DNA of 64,000 nucleotides from Chiloscyllium plagiosum (GCF_004010195.1 NC_057750.1:1159768-1223767); one strand, 5' to 3'; counted from the stretch's first letter, positions 1-12,638 are shown. Numbers and translations: made by a program. The notes: generated from the sequence alone by a model not told the origin.

Positions 1-38
1 CAACATTAGGTAAAGCCTGGGATTCAAAAGCCAGTGAT

Positions 39-710
39 ATAATATGATGGACCAGGCCAAATCCCCACAAAACATTTCAAAACAGTAGCCCAGACCCAAA
101 CTTTTCTCGTTGTTTTAAGCAGGTGTATGGTGGATAGTCCAGGAGTGATGCAGCTGGTCAAATGAGTCAGTTTCAAACAAAGCAGAATTTATTTACAAGA
201 TTACCAAATAAAACACAAACAAAAGAGAACAAAATACAAAATAACTTATCCTATCTGAAAATCCAACAGATCATCCCAATTTAATGATGCTGTTCCAAAT
301 AGTTGCAACAATCCTCATAAATCCCCCCTTGGCACAAATGGGAAAATCAAACACAGGAGAGAGAGAGAGATAGCAGAGAGATTTAGCATGGAACACCTTC
401 TTCCATGTAGCTGTGTCTTTGACCAACAGCCTCAAAACGGACTGACCACTTGCTCTGAACAGCCAGGCTGCTAAAACCTGAACCAAACCAGACCATATCA
501 GACCAGACCAGAGAAAAGCTGAGCTGGGAGAACTGACCCTCTCCTTTCATTGCACAAGTGTTTGTTTTTAAATTTGAAAGCCTTTTGCCTGAGCAGTATC
601 TGTTAGATATAATCAAATTGGCCCTAAAACCCATCCAAGCTAGAGATTTTGAAATCTATGCATTTACAACCACTCTGGGGAAACCTTGTTAAAGGAGCAG
701 CATCATCACA
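39..710 (-). mobile_element. Possible solo LTR (Gypsy-like), degenerate
   Basis: ~670 bp block ending in ...catcatcaCA, starting tataat (decayed TGtaat?), flanked by gtga/gtta (imperfect 4-bp TSD); tttatt near 188 is a minus-strand polyA signal. Confidence 0.35.
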
Positions 711-799
711 GTTAAAAGACTCAACAACGTGAGTGGTCCCATTGCTTTAGGACCCTGCGGCAGATTGAGTTTAAACTGATAATTTCAATTGGCAATGGG

Positions 800-1135
800 G
801 AGGAGTTGATAGCCTTGTGGTATTGTCACTGGTCTGTTCGTCTAGAAACCCAGGTAACGTTCTGGGTACCTGGGTTTAAATCCAGATTTGAATTTAATAA
901 AGAATCTGGAATTAAGAACCTCATAATGACCACGAATCCATTATCTGGAAAAAAAACCAAATGGTTCACTAATATCCTTGAGGGAAGGAAACTGCCATCC
1001 TTACCTGGTCTGGCCTACATGTGACTCCAGACCCACAGCAATGTGGCTGACTCGAAGCTGCCCTCTGGGTAATTAGGGATGGGCAATAAATGCAGCCTGC
1101 CCAGTGACACCCTCATCCCATGAATAAATAACAAC
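800..1135 (+). mobile_element. tRNA-derived SINE, family B (LINE-derived body and tail)
   Basis: A/B-box-like head (gtggtattgtcactgg...gggtttaaatcc), body ggttcactaat...ccttacctggtctggcctacatgtgactccagacccacag, tail gggatgggcaataaatgc...catcccatgaataaa; repeated at 14608, 29250, 33925, 47965. Confidence 0.75.
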
Positions 1136-2461
1136 AATAAGAAGCTGCTTATCCCCTCAACCTGACTGCACAAAGTGAAGAATTCTTCCACCATCTCAAA
1201 GAAATCAATTAATGTTTATATTTCATTTTCCACTTCAGAAACATGTTATTTTAAATGGGATATGCTATAAATGGCCTGCCATATGTTAGTGACAAGATGA
1301 AGAGTATTCTCATTCATAAACAGTAAATACCTTTCCCCCACAATTTAATCATTGATGAATTACAACAGCTTCGCTCGTGAAATCCTTTCACATCTGAGCT
1401 GTATCCGTGAGGCAGCACCCACATGTTCTATTAATGCTTAATGGCCAGTTGCTGCTAATTTAACATGTAACTTTCCTTTTCATGCCAAATTCCATAATTT
1501 CCATGTTATTAAAGCTACCTCCACACCCTCTCGGAAATTTGATCTGTTCCTTGAAATATTCCTCCTTCATCCATGCCCCATGTTAAAATGAGAACATCCA
1601 TCTCACTGGCTCCCACACAAACTCCATGCATCCCAGACCTCGTAAGTTTAAACACCCTCACTCCTCCCCCTGCTCCTGGCAGCTTTTGAAACCCAATCAG
1701 CATCAACCCAACCATTGCCTCACGAATCTCAGAACAATACATTGTAGAATCAGGCCATTGGGCCCATTATATCAGTGCCAGGTCTTTGAATGAGCTGTGT
1801 TGGTTGCAACAGCTGGAAGCCAAGATTAGACTGCCTGCCAATACAGTTAAAGGTGCAGGTTGTGGAGTCAGGAGAATGGGCTGATGACTGGAAATCTAAA
1901 GGTGGCACTGACATTGCCTCCAGCTGCATGTCTCTTTGGTCCCAGGTGGAAGATACTGCCCTCATGAAGTTGCTGTATAAGACCATTGTAGTGTTTCACA
2001 CAGTGAGACAGTGAGTCAGTGAGTGAATGGGGAGAATGAAGGTGGTTTGACAAGTCACAGAGCCTGAAGGGACCGGGACAGGTGACAGAATCTCTCTGAT
2101 GGTTGCCGTCCATTCTCTGGCATTGTTCTGAAAGCTTGAAGCAATTCCAAATCCACAGAGGCCCAATCTCTCCTCAATCTGTCTTGGAGCACTCGAATTC
2201 TCATCCACTCTGTAAATTCACATTCTCACCTTTGCTCTCCTACTGTCCTGGGTTTAACTATCTAAAGAATGAGGAACCAAAGTTGCTGAGGATGAGATGG
2301 TGGCTGGGTAGGGGTAAGGTACTGGGGTGCATTGGCAGGGAGTATGTTAGGGTTCATTGGCAGGAAGTAGTTGGAGCTTTTGTTTGGCAGAGAAGATCTT
2401 ATCAAGAGAAGAGTACTTGCTTTCCTATCCTTATTCTCAACATTGTCAAAATCATATGTGC

Positions 2462-2648
2462 TGGAAATGTGTTGCTGGAAAAGCGCAGCAGGTCAGGCAG
2501 CATCCAGGGAACAGGAGAATCGACGTTTCGGGCATAAGCCCTTCTTCAGGAATGATCGCTGTTCCCTGGATGCTGCCTGACCTGCTGCGCTTTTCCAGCA
2601 ACACATTTCCAGCTCTGATCTCCAGCATCTGCAGACCTCACTTTCTCC
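2462..2648. mobile_element. Penelope-derived fold-back mini-element, family 1, with hammerhead motif
   Basis: Inverted arms 2462-2515 / 2559-2613; 16-bp direct repeat tcaaaatcatatgtgc at 2446 and 2649 (TSD). Confidence 0.8.
2521..2549 (-). ncRNA. Minimal type I hammerhead ribozyme motif (intact core)
   Basis: Minus strand reads CUGAAGA A GGGC-UUAU-GCCC GAAA CGUC: both conserved core boxes, 4-bp stem II, palindromic ACGU and GUC triplet. Confidence 0.7.
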
Positions 2649-3315
2649 TCAAAATCATATGTGCAGAGTCATAGAGGTCTGCAGCACAGAAAAAGGCCCC
2701 TCAGCCCATCAAGCCTGCACCAGTCAACAATAAACACCCAATTATTCTAACGCCAACACAAGATGTCTGTCAGCATCTACTCAGCAATATTGTCACTTTA
2801 CTGTAATCCCCCATATGGGACTGGTGCCTGGAAGATACCAATGGACAAAGAAATCACCATTTGTGGTCATGTTACCAGGGGAATGGTGTGGCAGGCTGTG
2901 TTTGTTGCTTTCTAAGTCAGTGCAGGTGACAACTTCTACCCAAACACTGTGAGGGTGCCTGAGAGTGGCTGTGGGGGGAGAGGACGTGCTGGGGGATGGG
3001 TCAGTTGGCAGCCTTGTCCTCAAAGGGAGTGAGGAGATTTAAAATCAAGAGAACTTCTCGAGTCCACAACTCCTTGCCTTTCGTACCAGTACATCCTGAA
3101 TATAGATGATGCTGAACCAACAACTGGCTGAGTCATTCAGGCATGATGAATGAGAATGTGAGAATTGGTGGCTGCTCCATTGAACAGAGGGTATCGCGGA
3201 GTCGGAGGGTGAATCTCAGTGTGAGTGCAACAACGTGAATGCATTCCAGGAGACATAGATCAAGGCAGCTTTAACAGAGTGCAGTGTGAAAGCATGAACT
3301 GTTTTACATTGATTC

Positions 3316-3630
3316 ATTCCCTCCCTAAGGGCATTGTGGGTCAACCTACAGCACACGGACTGCAGCGGTTCAAGAAGGCAGCTCACCCCCACCTTCTCAA
3401 GGGGGCAATGAGGGATGGGGCAATAAATGCTGAGCCCAGCCAATGATACCCATGGCCCACAGGTGAAGAAAGAAAATGTTCGAGGGATGTGGGTGTCACT
3501 GGCTGGGCCCAGCATTTACTGCCCGTCCCTAGTTACTCCCTTGAGAAGGTGGGGGTGAGCTGCCTTCCTGAACCAATGCAGTCCGTGTGCTGTAGGTTGA
3601 CCCACAATGCCCTTAGGGAGGGAGTTCCAA
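3316..3630. mobile_element. Two LINE 3' tails (family-B partner LINE) in tail-to-tail inverted orientation
   Basis: 3316-3470 is the reverse complement of 3480-3625 (ccctccctaagggcattgtgggtcaacctacagcac... / ...gttgacccacaatgcccttagggaggg). Confidence 0.75.
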
Positions 3631-4234
3631 GATTGACCTGGTGCCAGAGTGAGAGTGTTGCTTTAAGAGATTGACAAGTTTACTTATGCTCAGGCTAAGA
3701 CTGGAAGAAAATGAGAGAGAATGTTCCCTGTTGAGTTATAATTGTCTGCAGAGTGTACCTATTTATATCAATCAGGATACAAAGCGTGCATTGAAGGAAG
3801 AACAATATTTTATATCATATCATGTTCTTGTCATTTTAAAACAACATATCTCATGACTCAACATGCCCAGCATAGGGATGCTTGTCTAAGATAAATCATG
3901 TCTTGGAATCTGTTACAGAAACAAACATCATTTCAGACCAGAAATGGCAAAACATAGTCCTGGGCAGCAATGACCTTAAAAACTCCTTGAATTGAACACA
4001 GCCCTTGTGGTGTATAGCCATTGATTGGATTAGAGCCTTATAACTCCTTCGAAACTATCACTTGTTATCTCACGATGCCTCTGGCATACACAGTGAGGAA
4101 GATTAGTGCCAGGAGACCAGGAATTTGAATGCCTGACAAAGATTTAATGTTCAAGTCTTTCTTGGAGACACTGAAGCACCTCTTACTCAGAACACCTGGA
4201 TTTTTTGTCGCCCTCGGTCACTATCGGTCTGGGG

Positions 4235-4575
4235 AGGCACGGTGGCTCAGTGGTTAGCACTGCTGCCTCACAGCGCCAAGGACCCGGGTTTGATTCCAGC
4301 CTCAGGCGAATGTACAAACTCCACACAGACATTCTCCCCATGTCTGCGTGGGACTCCTCCGGGTGCTCCGGTTTCCTCCCACAATCCAAGGATGTGCAGG
4401 TTGGGTGAATTGGCCCTGGGAAATTGCCCATAGTGTTCACGGATGTGTAGGTTAGGTGCATTAGTAAGGGCTAAATATAGGGTAGCAAGGGAATGGGTCA
4501 GGGTGGGTTACTCTTTGGAGGGTGGGTGTGGACTTGTGGGCCGAAGGGCCTGTTTCCACACTGTAGGGAATCTAT
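4235..4575 (+). mobile_element. HE1-like V-SINE
   Basis: tRNA head ggcacggtggctcagtggttagcactgctgcctcacag, V-domain gggtgctccggtttcctcccaca, CR1-type tail ccgaagggcctgtttcc. Confidence 0.85.
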
Positions 4576-4839
4576 GAAGTCCATTGAAATCCGAAAAGGT
4601 GCAAATAAAATGATCACTATTTGCATGAAAGCCTGATACTTATCTGGAAAATTCACTGAAATTTTTCATTGTGATTTTCCCTTTTTGATGTTGCACATTC
4701 CTTTTTATATAGATCCCCCTCCCTTTCCCCACTGCCCCCATCTCCCACACAACCCCTTCCCCAGTATTCAAGACCCAAATCTTCTGGATGACCAGAGAGG
4801 AGATACCTTCTGGAAGATACTGTGGGGGTTCTAGTCACT

Positions 4840-5337
4840 CTGTTATAGGAAGGATATTATTCAGATGGAGAGGGTTCAGAAAAGAGTTACCAGGATGTTG
4901 CTGGGTATTGAAGGTTTGAGTGAGAAAGAAAAGCTGTGATGTTTTTCACTGGAGCGTAGGAGATTGAGAGGTGACCTGACAGAAGTTCATAAAATAATGA
5001 CGGATATAGATAGAATTAATGTCAATTGCATTTTCCCTAAGAATGGAATTGTAAGAGTAGGGGGCACATTTTTAAGGTTAGAGGAGAGAGATTTAAAAAG
5101 ACATGGGGGCAAATGTTTTCAACAGTGGTTCAGGTGTGGAATGAACTTCCTGAGGAAGTGGTGGATGTGGGTACAGTTACAACGTTTAAAAGAGATTTGG
5201 ATGCATACAGGAATGGGAAAAGTTTGGAGGGATATGGGCCAGGAGCAGGGGTGGGACTAGTTTAGTTTGGGATTATGGTTGCCATGGACTGGTTGGACCG
5301 AAGGGTCTGCTTCCATGCTATATGACTCAATGACTCC
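4840..5337 (+). mobile_element. CR1 (HER1-like) LINE 3' fragment
   Basis: RT C-terminal remnant LRGDLTEVHKIM; 3' UTR gggactagtttagtttggg...ctatatgactc. Confidence 0.85.
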
Positions 5338-5383
5338 CTGTGAATTTAGATTGTGTGCAAGTCCCAATGCACTCACTAAATGG

Positions 5384-5578
5384 TAGTCATGTTTTGGAGA
5401 TGCCGGTGTTGGACTGGGGTGTACAAAGTTAAAAATCACACAACACCAGGTTATAGTCCAACAGGTTTAATTGGAAGCACTAGCTTTCGGAGCGCTGCTC
5501 TTTCATCAGGTGGTTGTCCGAAAGCTAGTGCTTCCAATTAAACCTGTCGGACTATAACCTGGTGTTGTGTGATTTTTA
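5384..5578. mobile_element. Penelope-derived fold-back mini-element, family 2, with hammerhead motif on - strand (5481-5509)
   Basis: Arms 5428-5491 / 5517-5580 near-perfectly inverted; 13-bp TSD actcactaaatgg (5371, 5579); minus strand CUGAUGA AAGAGC-AGC-GCUCC GAAA GCUA. Confidence 0.8.
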
Positions 5579-6849
5579 ACTCACTAAATGGAATTACTCA
5601 GAAAGTTGAAAATTCTGATGGGCAATTATCTGGGTTCCTCGAAAAAAAAAGACTCCATCTTGGATTTACAGTCAGAGATTCCAGATGGTTCTTATGGACT
5701 TACCTCAATCATTAACCAGTGACAGTTTCAGGAGTTAAACACTCTCTGCTCAACTTGATTACTCATTGCCTGCCACCTCCCAAATACCTGACCTACATTG
5801 TCCCAGCTCCAGATCTGACCCATCCCAGAGCCTTTCCCCCTCATCACCGTGGACAACTGACACCAAATTCCCTACCAACCCCACCTAGACCCAAGAGCAG
5901 AATTCTAACCCTTGACCCTTCACCACATGTTCGAGGGATGTGGGTGTCACTGGCTGGGCCCAGCATTTACTGCCTGTCCCTAGTTACCCCCTTGAGAAGG
6001 TGGGGTTGAGCTGCCTTTCTGAACCCAATTATCTGCCCCGCCAGTCCCACTGGTCCAGGCCCTGACTGGGAGCTAGCTTGAAACTGCTCTATAGAGGCTG
6101 CTGATATTCCAGAGCTTGAAAAACTGCACCATTCCGTGGGATCCCATCACAATGTTCTGTGTTGAATCCGGAAAGCATTAATTAACCAGCCCTCAATTGT
6201 TTTGACAATGTCTCTGCATTGTCTTTACATAATAAACTAAATGATGATGACTATTAGCTCCATAAAACTCTAGTCTGAATGTGATCTATTGTATGAAAAA
6301 GACATTTGCATCCGATTTGTATTGAGTTATTAGCCTCATTAAAACTGGAATATTCTTTATGGAAACATATAAGACTCATAAGCGTAGTTTAGCATGACAT
6401 AATCAGCAGCTTTTAGTAAACCGTTATCAAACAGACCATTTCATAGAATCCATACAACAGATTGCAAGCTTTACACTGAGGGCCTTTCACTGAACCCATC
6501 TCAGAAAAGATTCTGGATACTTTTAATGGTTTAAATCACCAGATCTTGTGATTTGTCACAATAAACAGACCAGTTTGAAAAGAGTAGATGAATTTTAATG
6601 TCTGTGTTGCTGAAGAGAGAATGATTAAGGAAGCGAAGGTTCTGAGTCTATGAGCTGATCATTGAGTGCCCCTGACACTGGAACTGAACCAAACGTTCTG
6701 AGCCCGAATCCCTGGGTGAACTAATAGACACAAAGATAAGGGGATACAGATCTGGCAGATCAGCCAATCACAGCACAGCTGGAGGCCATTCGACTCACCC
6801 TGACTATGCTAGCACAGCCACCAGATAAAGGGCTTGGTGGCATGGCATA

Positions 6850-7560
6850 AAAATAAAAATCTCTCCCTCAGCATCAGCAAAAGGAAACAGCTGATCATCG
6901 ACGTCAGAAAGCAAGGGCATGGGGGCATCCCTGTCTACGTCGATGGAGCTGAGGTGGAGATGGTTGAAAGCGTCAAGTCCTTTGGGAGGTGATGATCACC
7001 AGCCACCTGCCCTGGACCTCCCAAGTAGATGCAATGGTCAAAAAGGCACAACAATGCCTCTCATACCTCAGGAAGCTAAGGAAATTCAGCGTATCCATAA
7101 GGACCCACACCAACATTTACAGATACATCACAGCTTTGTATGACAACTGCTCTGCCCAGGACCGTAAGAAACTACAGGGAGTTGTGAATACAGCCCAGTC
7201 CATCACACAAACCAGCCTCCCATCCATTGGCTCCATTTACACTTCTCCCTGCCTCAGGAAGGCAGCCAACATTATCAAAGACCCTGCCCAGTCCGGTTAA
7301 ACTCTCTTCCTATCTCTTCCATTGGGCAGAAGATACAAAACCTTAAATACATGTGCCAACAGGTTCAAGATCAGCTTCTTCCCTGCTGTTACTAGACTGC
7401 TGAATGGACCTCTCTAATTACAAATCTAAATGTTGATCTCACTCTCTGAGCACCTTCTCTGCAGCTGTAACATTGTATTTCTTGCTCCGTTCAATTACCC
7501 ACATACACTTGGTATAGTACAATCCGTCTGTACTGCATACAAAACAAAACTTATCACTGA
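6850..7560 (+). mobile_element. Rex1/Babar-type LINE 3' fragment
   Basis: Decayed RT C-terminus: ...HLPWTSQVDAMVKKAQQCLSYLRKLRKF...QDRKKLQGVVNTAQSIT, characteristic of Rex1. Confidence 0.75.
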
Positions 7561-7564
7561 AATT

Positions 7565-8682
7565 AGGAGAAGTTTGAGAAGATTTGGAGCTCAGGTTGAG
7601 GTTCTGGATGTAGGTTTGCTCACTGAGCTGGAAGGTTCGATTTCAGATGTTTCATCACCATACTAGGTAACATCATCAGTGAGCCTCTGGATGAAGCATT
7701 GGTGGCATGGCCCTCTTTCTATTTATGTGTTTAGGTTTCGTTGGGTTGGTGATGTCATTTCCTGTGGTGACATAACTTCCTATGGTGCTGTCATTTCCTG
7801 TTCTTTTTCTCAAGGTGTGGTAAATGGAATCCAAGTAAATGTGTTTGTTGATAAAGTTCTGGTTGGAATGCCATACTTCTAGGAATTCTTGTACGTGTCT
7901 CAGTTTGGCTTGTCCTAAGATGGATGTGTTGTCCCAGTTGAAGTGGTGTCCTTCCTCATCAGTATGTAAGGATACTAGTGAGAGAGGGTCACGTTGTTTT
8001 GTGGTGAGGTGATATTAATGTATCCTGGTGGCTAGTTTTCTGCCTGTTTGTCCAGTGTAGTGTTTGTTACAGTTCTTGCAACATATTTTGTAAAGGACAT
8101 TAGTTTTGCTTCTTGTCTGTATAGAGTCTTTCAAATTCACTAGCTGCTGTTTTAGATGACATCTTTACAAAATACTATGCAAGAACTGTAACAAAGACTA
8201 CATTAGACAAACAGGCAGAAAACTAGCCACCAGGATACATGAACATCAACTAGTCACATGACCCACTCTCACTAGTATCCTTACATACAGATGAGGAAGG
8301 ACACCACTTCGACTGGGACAACACATCCATCCTACGACAAGCCAAACAGAGACACACACAAGAATTCTGAGAAGCATGGCATTCCAACCAGAATTCTATC
8401 AACAAACGCATCGAGTTAGACCCCATTTACCACCCCTTGAGAAAAAGAACAGGAAATGGCATCTCCATGGGAAATGACATCACCACTGGAAATGACATGA
8501 CCAACCCAAAGAAACCCAGACATATAAATAGAAAACAGGAATCATCAGCAGTGCTTTGTCCAGAGGCTCACTGATAATGTTATCTAGTATGGTGACAAAG
8601 CGTCTGAAAACAAACCTTCCAGCTCAGCGAGCAAACTTACAACCAGAACCTCAACCTGAGCTACAAATCTTCTCAAAACTCA
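7565..8682. mobile_element. Penelope-like element remnant as ~1.1 kb inverted duplication (GIY-YIG + pLTR on both arms)
   Basis: 7565-8155 is the reverse complement of 8160-8682; right arm reads YKILCKNCNKDYIRQTGRKLATRIHEHQL (GIY-YIG); hammerhead-like motifs at 7646-7679(-) and 8571-8604(+). Confidence 0.85.
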
Positions 8683-9206
8683 GATTAAGGATTATTGAAC
8701 TCAGGAATGTAGATACAGACAGGCCCTGAACTAATTAAATGATGGGACAGGCTCACAAGTGGATGAATAGCCTCCTCCTGTTCCTATGTTTACGAAGAAA
8801 ACTTTTCCTTTCATGGCCATAGCCAGTCAATACAGACTAACTTGTAAAAATGCATCCAAATAAACAATTCCCTGAGCACCAGCCTCTGCTCAGTTCAAGG
8901 ATCTCAGTGAACAAGGAGGTGAACACACTGTTCACCAAGGCACCTCTGGATTTGAGAAGAAGCAATTCATTAAGAATCCTGCTCCTGGGTGCTGCCATTT
9001 CCCATTGAGAATGTTTAACGTTTGGACAGAAACCAGAACTAACCGTGAATTCTCTCGTAGTTTCTTAAAATTAAAATATTGCTGATGCAGGACACCTGAA
9101 ATAAAAACAGAAAGTATCAGAGAAACGCAGCAGGGAGAGTTAATGTTTCTGATAATGAGTCTTCTTCGGACCTCTTTCATATTTACCTTTCTTCTCATGC
9201 TCTTAT

Positions 9207-9532
9207 GTGAGGGACAGGTGAGGGACAGGTGAGGGTCAGTTGAGGGTCAGGTGAGGGTCAGGTGAGGGACAGGTGAGGGACAGGTGAGGGTCAAGTGAGG
9301 GACAGGTGAGGGCCAGTTGAGGGACAGGTGAGGGTCAGGTGAGGGACAGGTGATGGTCAAGTGAGGGACAGGTGGGGGATAGGTGAGGGACAGGTGAGGG
9401 TCAGGTGAGGGACTGGTGAGGGTCAAGTGAGGGTCAGGTGAGGGACAGGTGAGGGATAGGTGAGGGATAGGTGAGGGTAAGGTGAGAGACAGGCGAGGGT
9501 CAGGTGAGGGACAAGTGAGGGTCAGGTGAGGG
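9207..9532 (+). repeat. 11-bp minisatellite (GTGAGGG[A/T]CAG)n, ~30 copies
   Basis: Directly visible tandem repeat. Confidence 0.95.
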
Positions 9533-9718
9533 ACGGCCTGTTTTGGCTGTGGGGAAAGGTTGCTGGTATCTGTCAAAGCTAAAACAGAACAGGTTTGGCA
9601 AGAATCCAGAAGTTGCCACCTCCTGGGATGCAGTCCTGAATAAATAATGTGGATTTACCAATTGCCGTGGCCTGTTTTGTTCCCAGCCTGCATTACTAAT
9701 TTTGCTTCCTTCCGTAAG

Positions 9719-9786
9719 CATCGTCCAGATCCTTGTGAATGTCACTGTGTCCTTGTGGAAGAGCTGAGTTCATACATACTGCACAG
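9719..9786 (+). CDS. Candidate internal exon A of an unidentified gene (HRPDPCECHCVLVEELSSYILHR), phase 0->2
   Basis: Branch-like TACTAAT at 9694, pyrimidine tract tttgcttccttccgt, AG at 9717-18; donor CAG|gtacct; only open frame. Confidence 0.5.
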
Positions 9787-9989
9787 GTACCTAATGTGGA
9801 AAGTAGCACTGGATCACACTGCTATCTCCCAACGAGACGCGTGGAGGTCTGAGATTTGCAAAATGGTAAACACTACAATGAACAATGAAGGCAAGTATTC
9901 CCTGTGAACCTTCGTCACTGGGTGACTGAGCAAGGCGCAGGTCATTCAATCATTGAGCAGCAAGGGACTTTAATCTTGCAAAATTACCT

Positions 9990-10170
9990 GTGCAGGTAGT
10001 CCTGCTTTACACAGTCATTGCATTCTTGTGCGATCTCGTGCTATACAAAAATCGTACAATACAAATACACTTAAAGTGTTAGTGATGTAATTGTGTTATA
10101 GCCAACACACACTTTAAATTATCACGTTTTAGAAAAAACATTGCTTATTCACCTAATTCACGCTAATGAA
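9990..10170. mobile_element. Degenerate DNA-transposon MITE (Tc1/mariner-Tigger-like?)
   Basis: Similar in reverse orientation to 48560-48765 (gttatagccaacacaca; gcattcttgtg); terminus resembles ta|cag. Confidence 0.35.
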
Positions 10171-10269
10171 AGATGCATTAACTGCATATACCCCACAATG
10201 ATGGACACGAACCCCAAACCATAGCCATGACATCTCTGATGCAATGGCAGAACTGTGCAAAGGAAAAGG

Positions 10270-10400
10270 CAAAAGTGAGCCTGCAGATGCTGGAGATCAG
10301 AGTCTAGATTAGAGTGGTGCTGGAAAAGCACAGCAGGTCAGGCAGCATCAGAGGAGGTGGAAAACCGATGTTTCGAGTGAAAGCCCTTCATCAGAAATGA
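10270..10400 (-). mobile_element. Penelope-derived family 1 unit with hammerhead motif
   Basis: Minus strand CUGAUGA AGGGC-UUU-CACUC GAAA CAUC followed by the family-1 tail. Confidence 0.7.
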
Positions 10401-10711
10401 AGGAAACGTCTGGAATGATATAGATACTGTGCACTACAACAGCTTGCTTCTCAAAAGCGGACCAGGTCATGGCTGGAGCTCTGAACGTCTTTCTGGATAA
10501 GGATGAAGATTCGAAAAATGAGCGTGTTTGGCAATCTGAGGATAAAGGACTGACAGCATGTGACTTCACCAGACATAGGACAATGAAGAAACCTTCAAGG
10601 AAAAACAGAAACAGCTCTGAAAATCTAAAAGAAACACCAGAAAGGCAGAAGGAAAAATACTCAATAATTATCGAGTGAGGAAGAAGAGAGAAGGCAAGAT
10701 GAAGGAGATCA

Positions 10712-10838
10712 TGTGGAGGTGCTGCTGTTGGACTAAGGAGGGAAAAGTCAGAAGTCACATGACACCAGGTTATACGTCCAACAGGTTTATTTGAAATCAC
10801 AAGTTTTCAGAGTGCTGCTTCTTCATCAGGTGAAGTCT
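10712..10838 (-). mobile_element. Penelope-derived family 2 unit with decayed hammerhead motif
   Basis: Similar to 5395-5510; minus strand CUGAUGA AGAAGCAGCACUCU GAAA. Confidence 0.65.
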
Positions 10839-10879
10839 TTCTTCAGAGGAGGAGAAACAGAGTTAGGGAAATGCACATG

Positions 10880-11180
10880 GGCGGCACAGTGGTTGGCACT
10901 GCTGCCTCACAGCGCCAGAGACCCGGGTTCAACTCCCGCCTCAGGCGACTGACTGTGTGGAGTTTGCACGTTCTCCCCGTGTCTGTGTGGGTTTCCACCG
11001 GGTGCTCCGGTTTCCTCCCACAGTCCAAATATGTGCAGGTTAGGTGAATTGGCCACGCTAAATTGCCCGTAGTGTTAGGTAGTGGGTAAATGTAGGGATA
11101 TGGGTGGGTTGCGCTTTGGTGGGTCAGTGTGGACTTGTTGGGCCGAAGGGCCTGTTTCCACACTGTAATGTAATGTAACT
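10880..11180 (+). mobile_element. HE1-like V-SINE
   Basis: Full head, V-domain and tail. Confidence 0.9.
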
Positions 11181-11734
11181 AATCAAAAGGCAAAGCAAGA
11201 GGGGCTGCTTTTCTCTCTGAGGTGGCAAGAGGCTATATCCCCATGGTAAATGTAACCACGGTGATACTGCGATTTTGAAATGCTGATTTTGGAAAGTATT
11301 CACCTGTTTCAGACGCCAAATACTTCATTTGACAGCTCATGAGAACTCAGTTTTATTCTGGGAGATAATTAATCAGACCATGTATCCACCAATCATATCC
11401 ATTGATGATGCAGAAAGGAGAGAGAAAGGGGAACCGCACAGAGAGGATCCCAGAATGATACAGTATAGAATGAGACCATTCTGACTATTGACTATAGAAT
11501 AAAATCATAGAATATCTTTGAAATAACTGTAATTATGTTGATACCTTATACTTGCCCTGTCACCCTGCAAAATATTCCCCTTCAAATATTTATCTAGTCC
11601 CCCTTTCAAAAGGCCAAGGTGAAGACTTTCCCTGGTCTCTAAAATGAAGACCTTTGGAAAGGAACACTGAACAAGAAATGCTGTTGTGCACACAAAGTCA
11701 AAAAAGACAAGAGGGAAAGAAGGAAGGAGGAGAA

Positions 11735-12080
11735 TCATAGAATCCTGGCAGTGTGGAAACAGGCCAATTGGCCCAATAAGTCCACACCAATTCTCCAAAC
11801 AGCATCCCACCCAGACACATCCCCCCTAGCCTTTAATCCCACATTCCCTATGGTTAATCTACCTAACCTACACATCACTGGACACAATGGGCAATTTCCC
11901 ATGGTCACTCCACACTAACCTGCACGTCTTTGGATTGGGGGAGGAAACTGGAACACCCAGAGGAAGCCTATGCAGACATGGGGAGAACGTACAAGGTCCA
12001 AGCAGACAGTCATCCGAGGCTGGAATCAAACCCGGGTCCCCAGCACTGTGAGGCAGCAGTGCTAACCACTGAACCACTGT
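11735..12080 (-). mobile_element. HE1-like V-SINE
   Basis: Reverse complement of head, V-domain and tail. Confidence 0.85.
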
Positions 12081-12638
12081 GAGAGCAGACAGGAATAAAC
12101 CATTTAGAGAGTAAAGAGGCTGTGAGTATTATAAATTGATAAACACTATGAATAAGAAATAACACTATGAAAGGAGCACTAGATAAATATTTGAAGGAGA
12201 ATATTTATTCAGGGCAAGTATAAGGGTATCAACATAATTACAGAGCTATTTCAAAGATATTCTATGATTTTGGTGGTGCTAAAGTCAGGTTGTGTCTTAT
12301 TTAAATCAGTTTGCTCTCCCTGGCTGTCGATGTGAGTGAGCAAGGTAGGGGTATGTAGCTACTCCCACTCTGATTGTGTACCAGAGTCTGAGGATGTCGA
12401 AAGGTCTAATCCTTCTTCCAGGCAGCAGGAAATAGGTTTTCAAATTGAAATATTTACCATGCTGCCAAGGGGGACAGGATTTTTTTTTGAGGAAATTTAA
12501 CATTTGGAAGCTATTGATTTACAATACATTAAAATTAAAGGAGTCTATTTCAAAGCATTGAGAACTCGAGATTTGGGTTACAAACTATTAAAAATCAGAT
12601 TTATACAGCATTTGCTTTTTTTCCACTCGAACCCACAG

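Noticed and set aside
4235..4310. tRNA gene
   Set aside because: tRNA-like SINE head without a complete cloverleaf; the same applies to all SINE copies.
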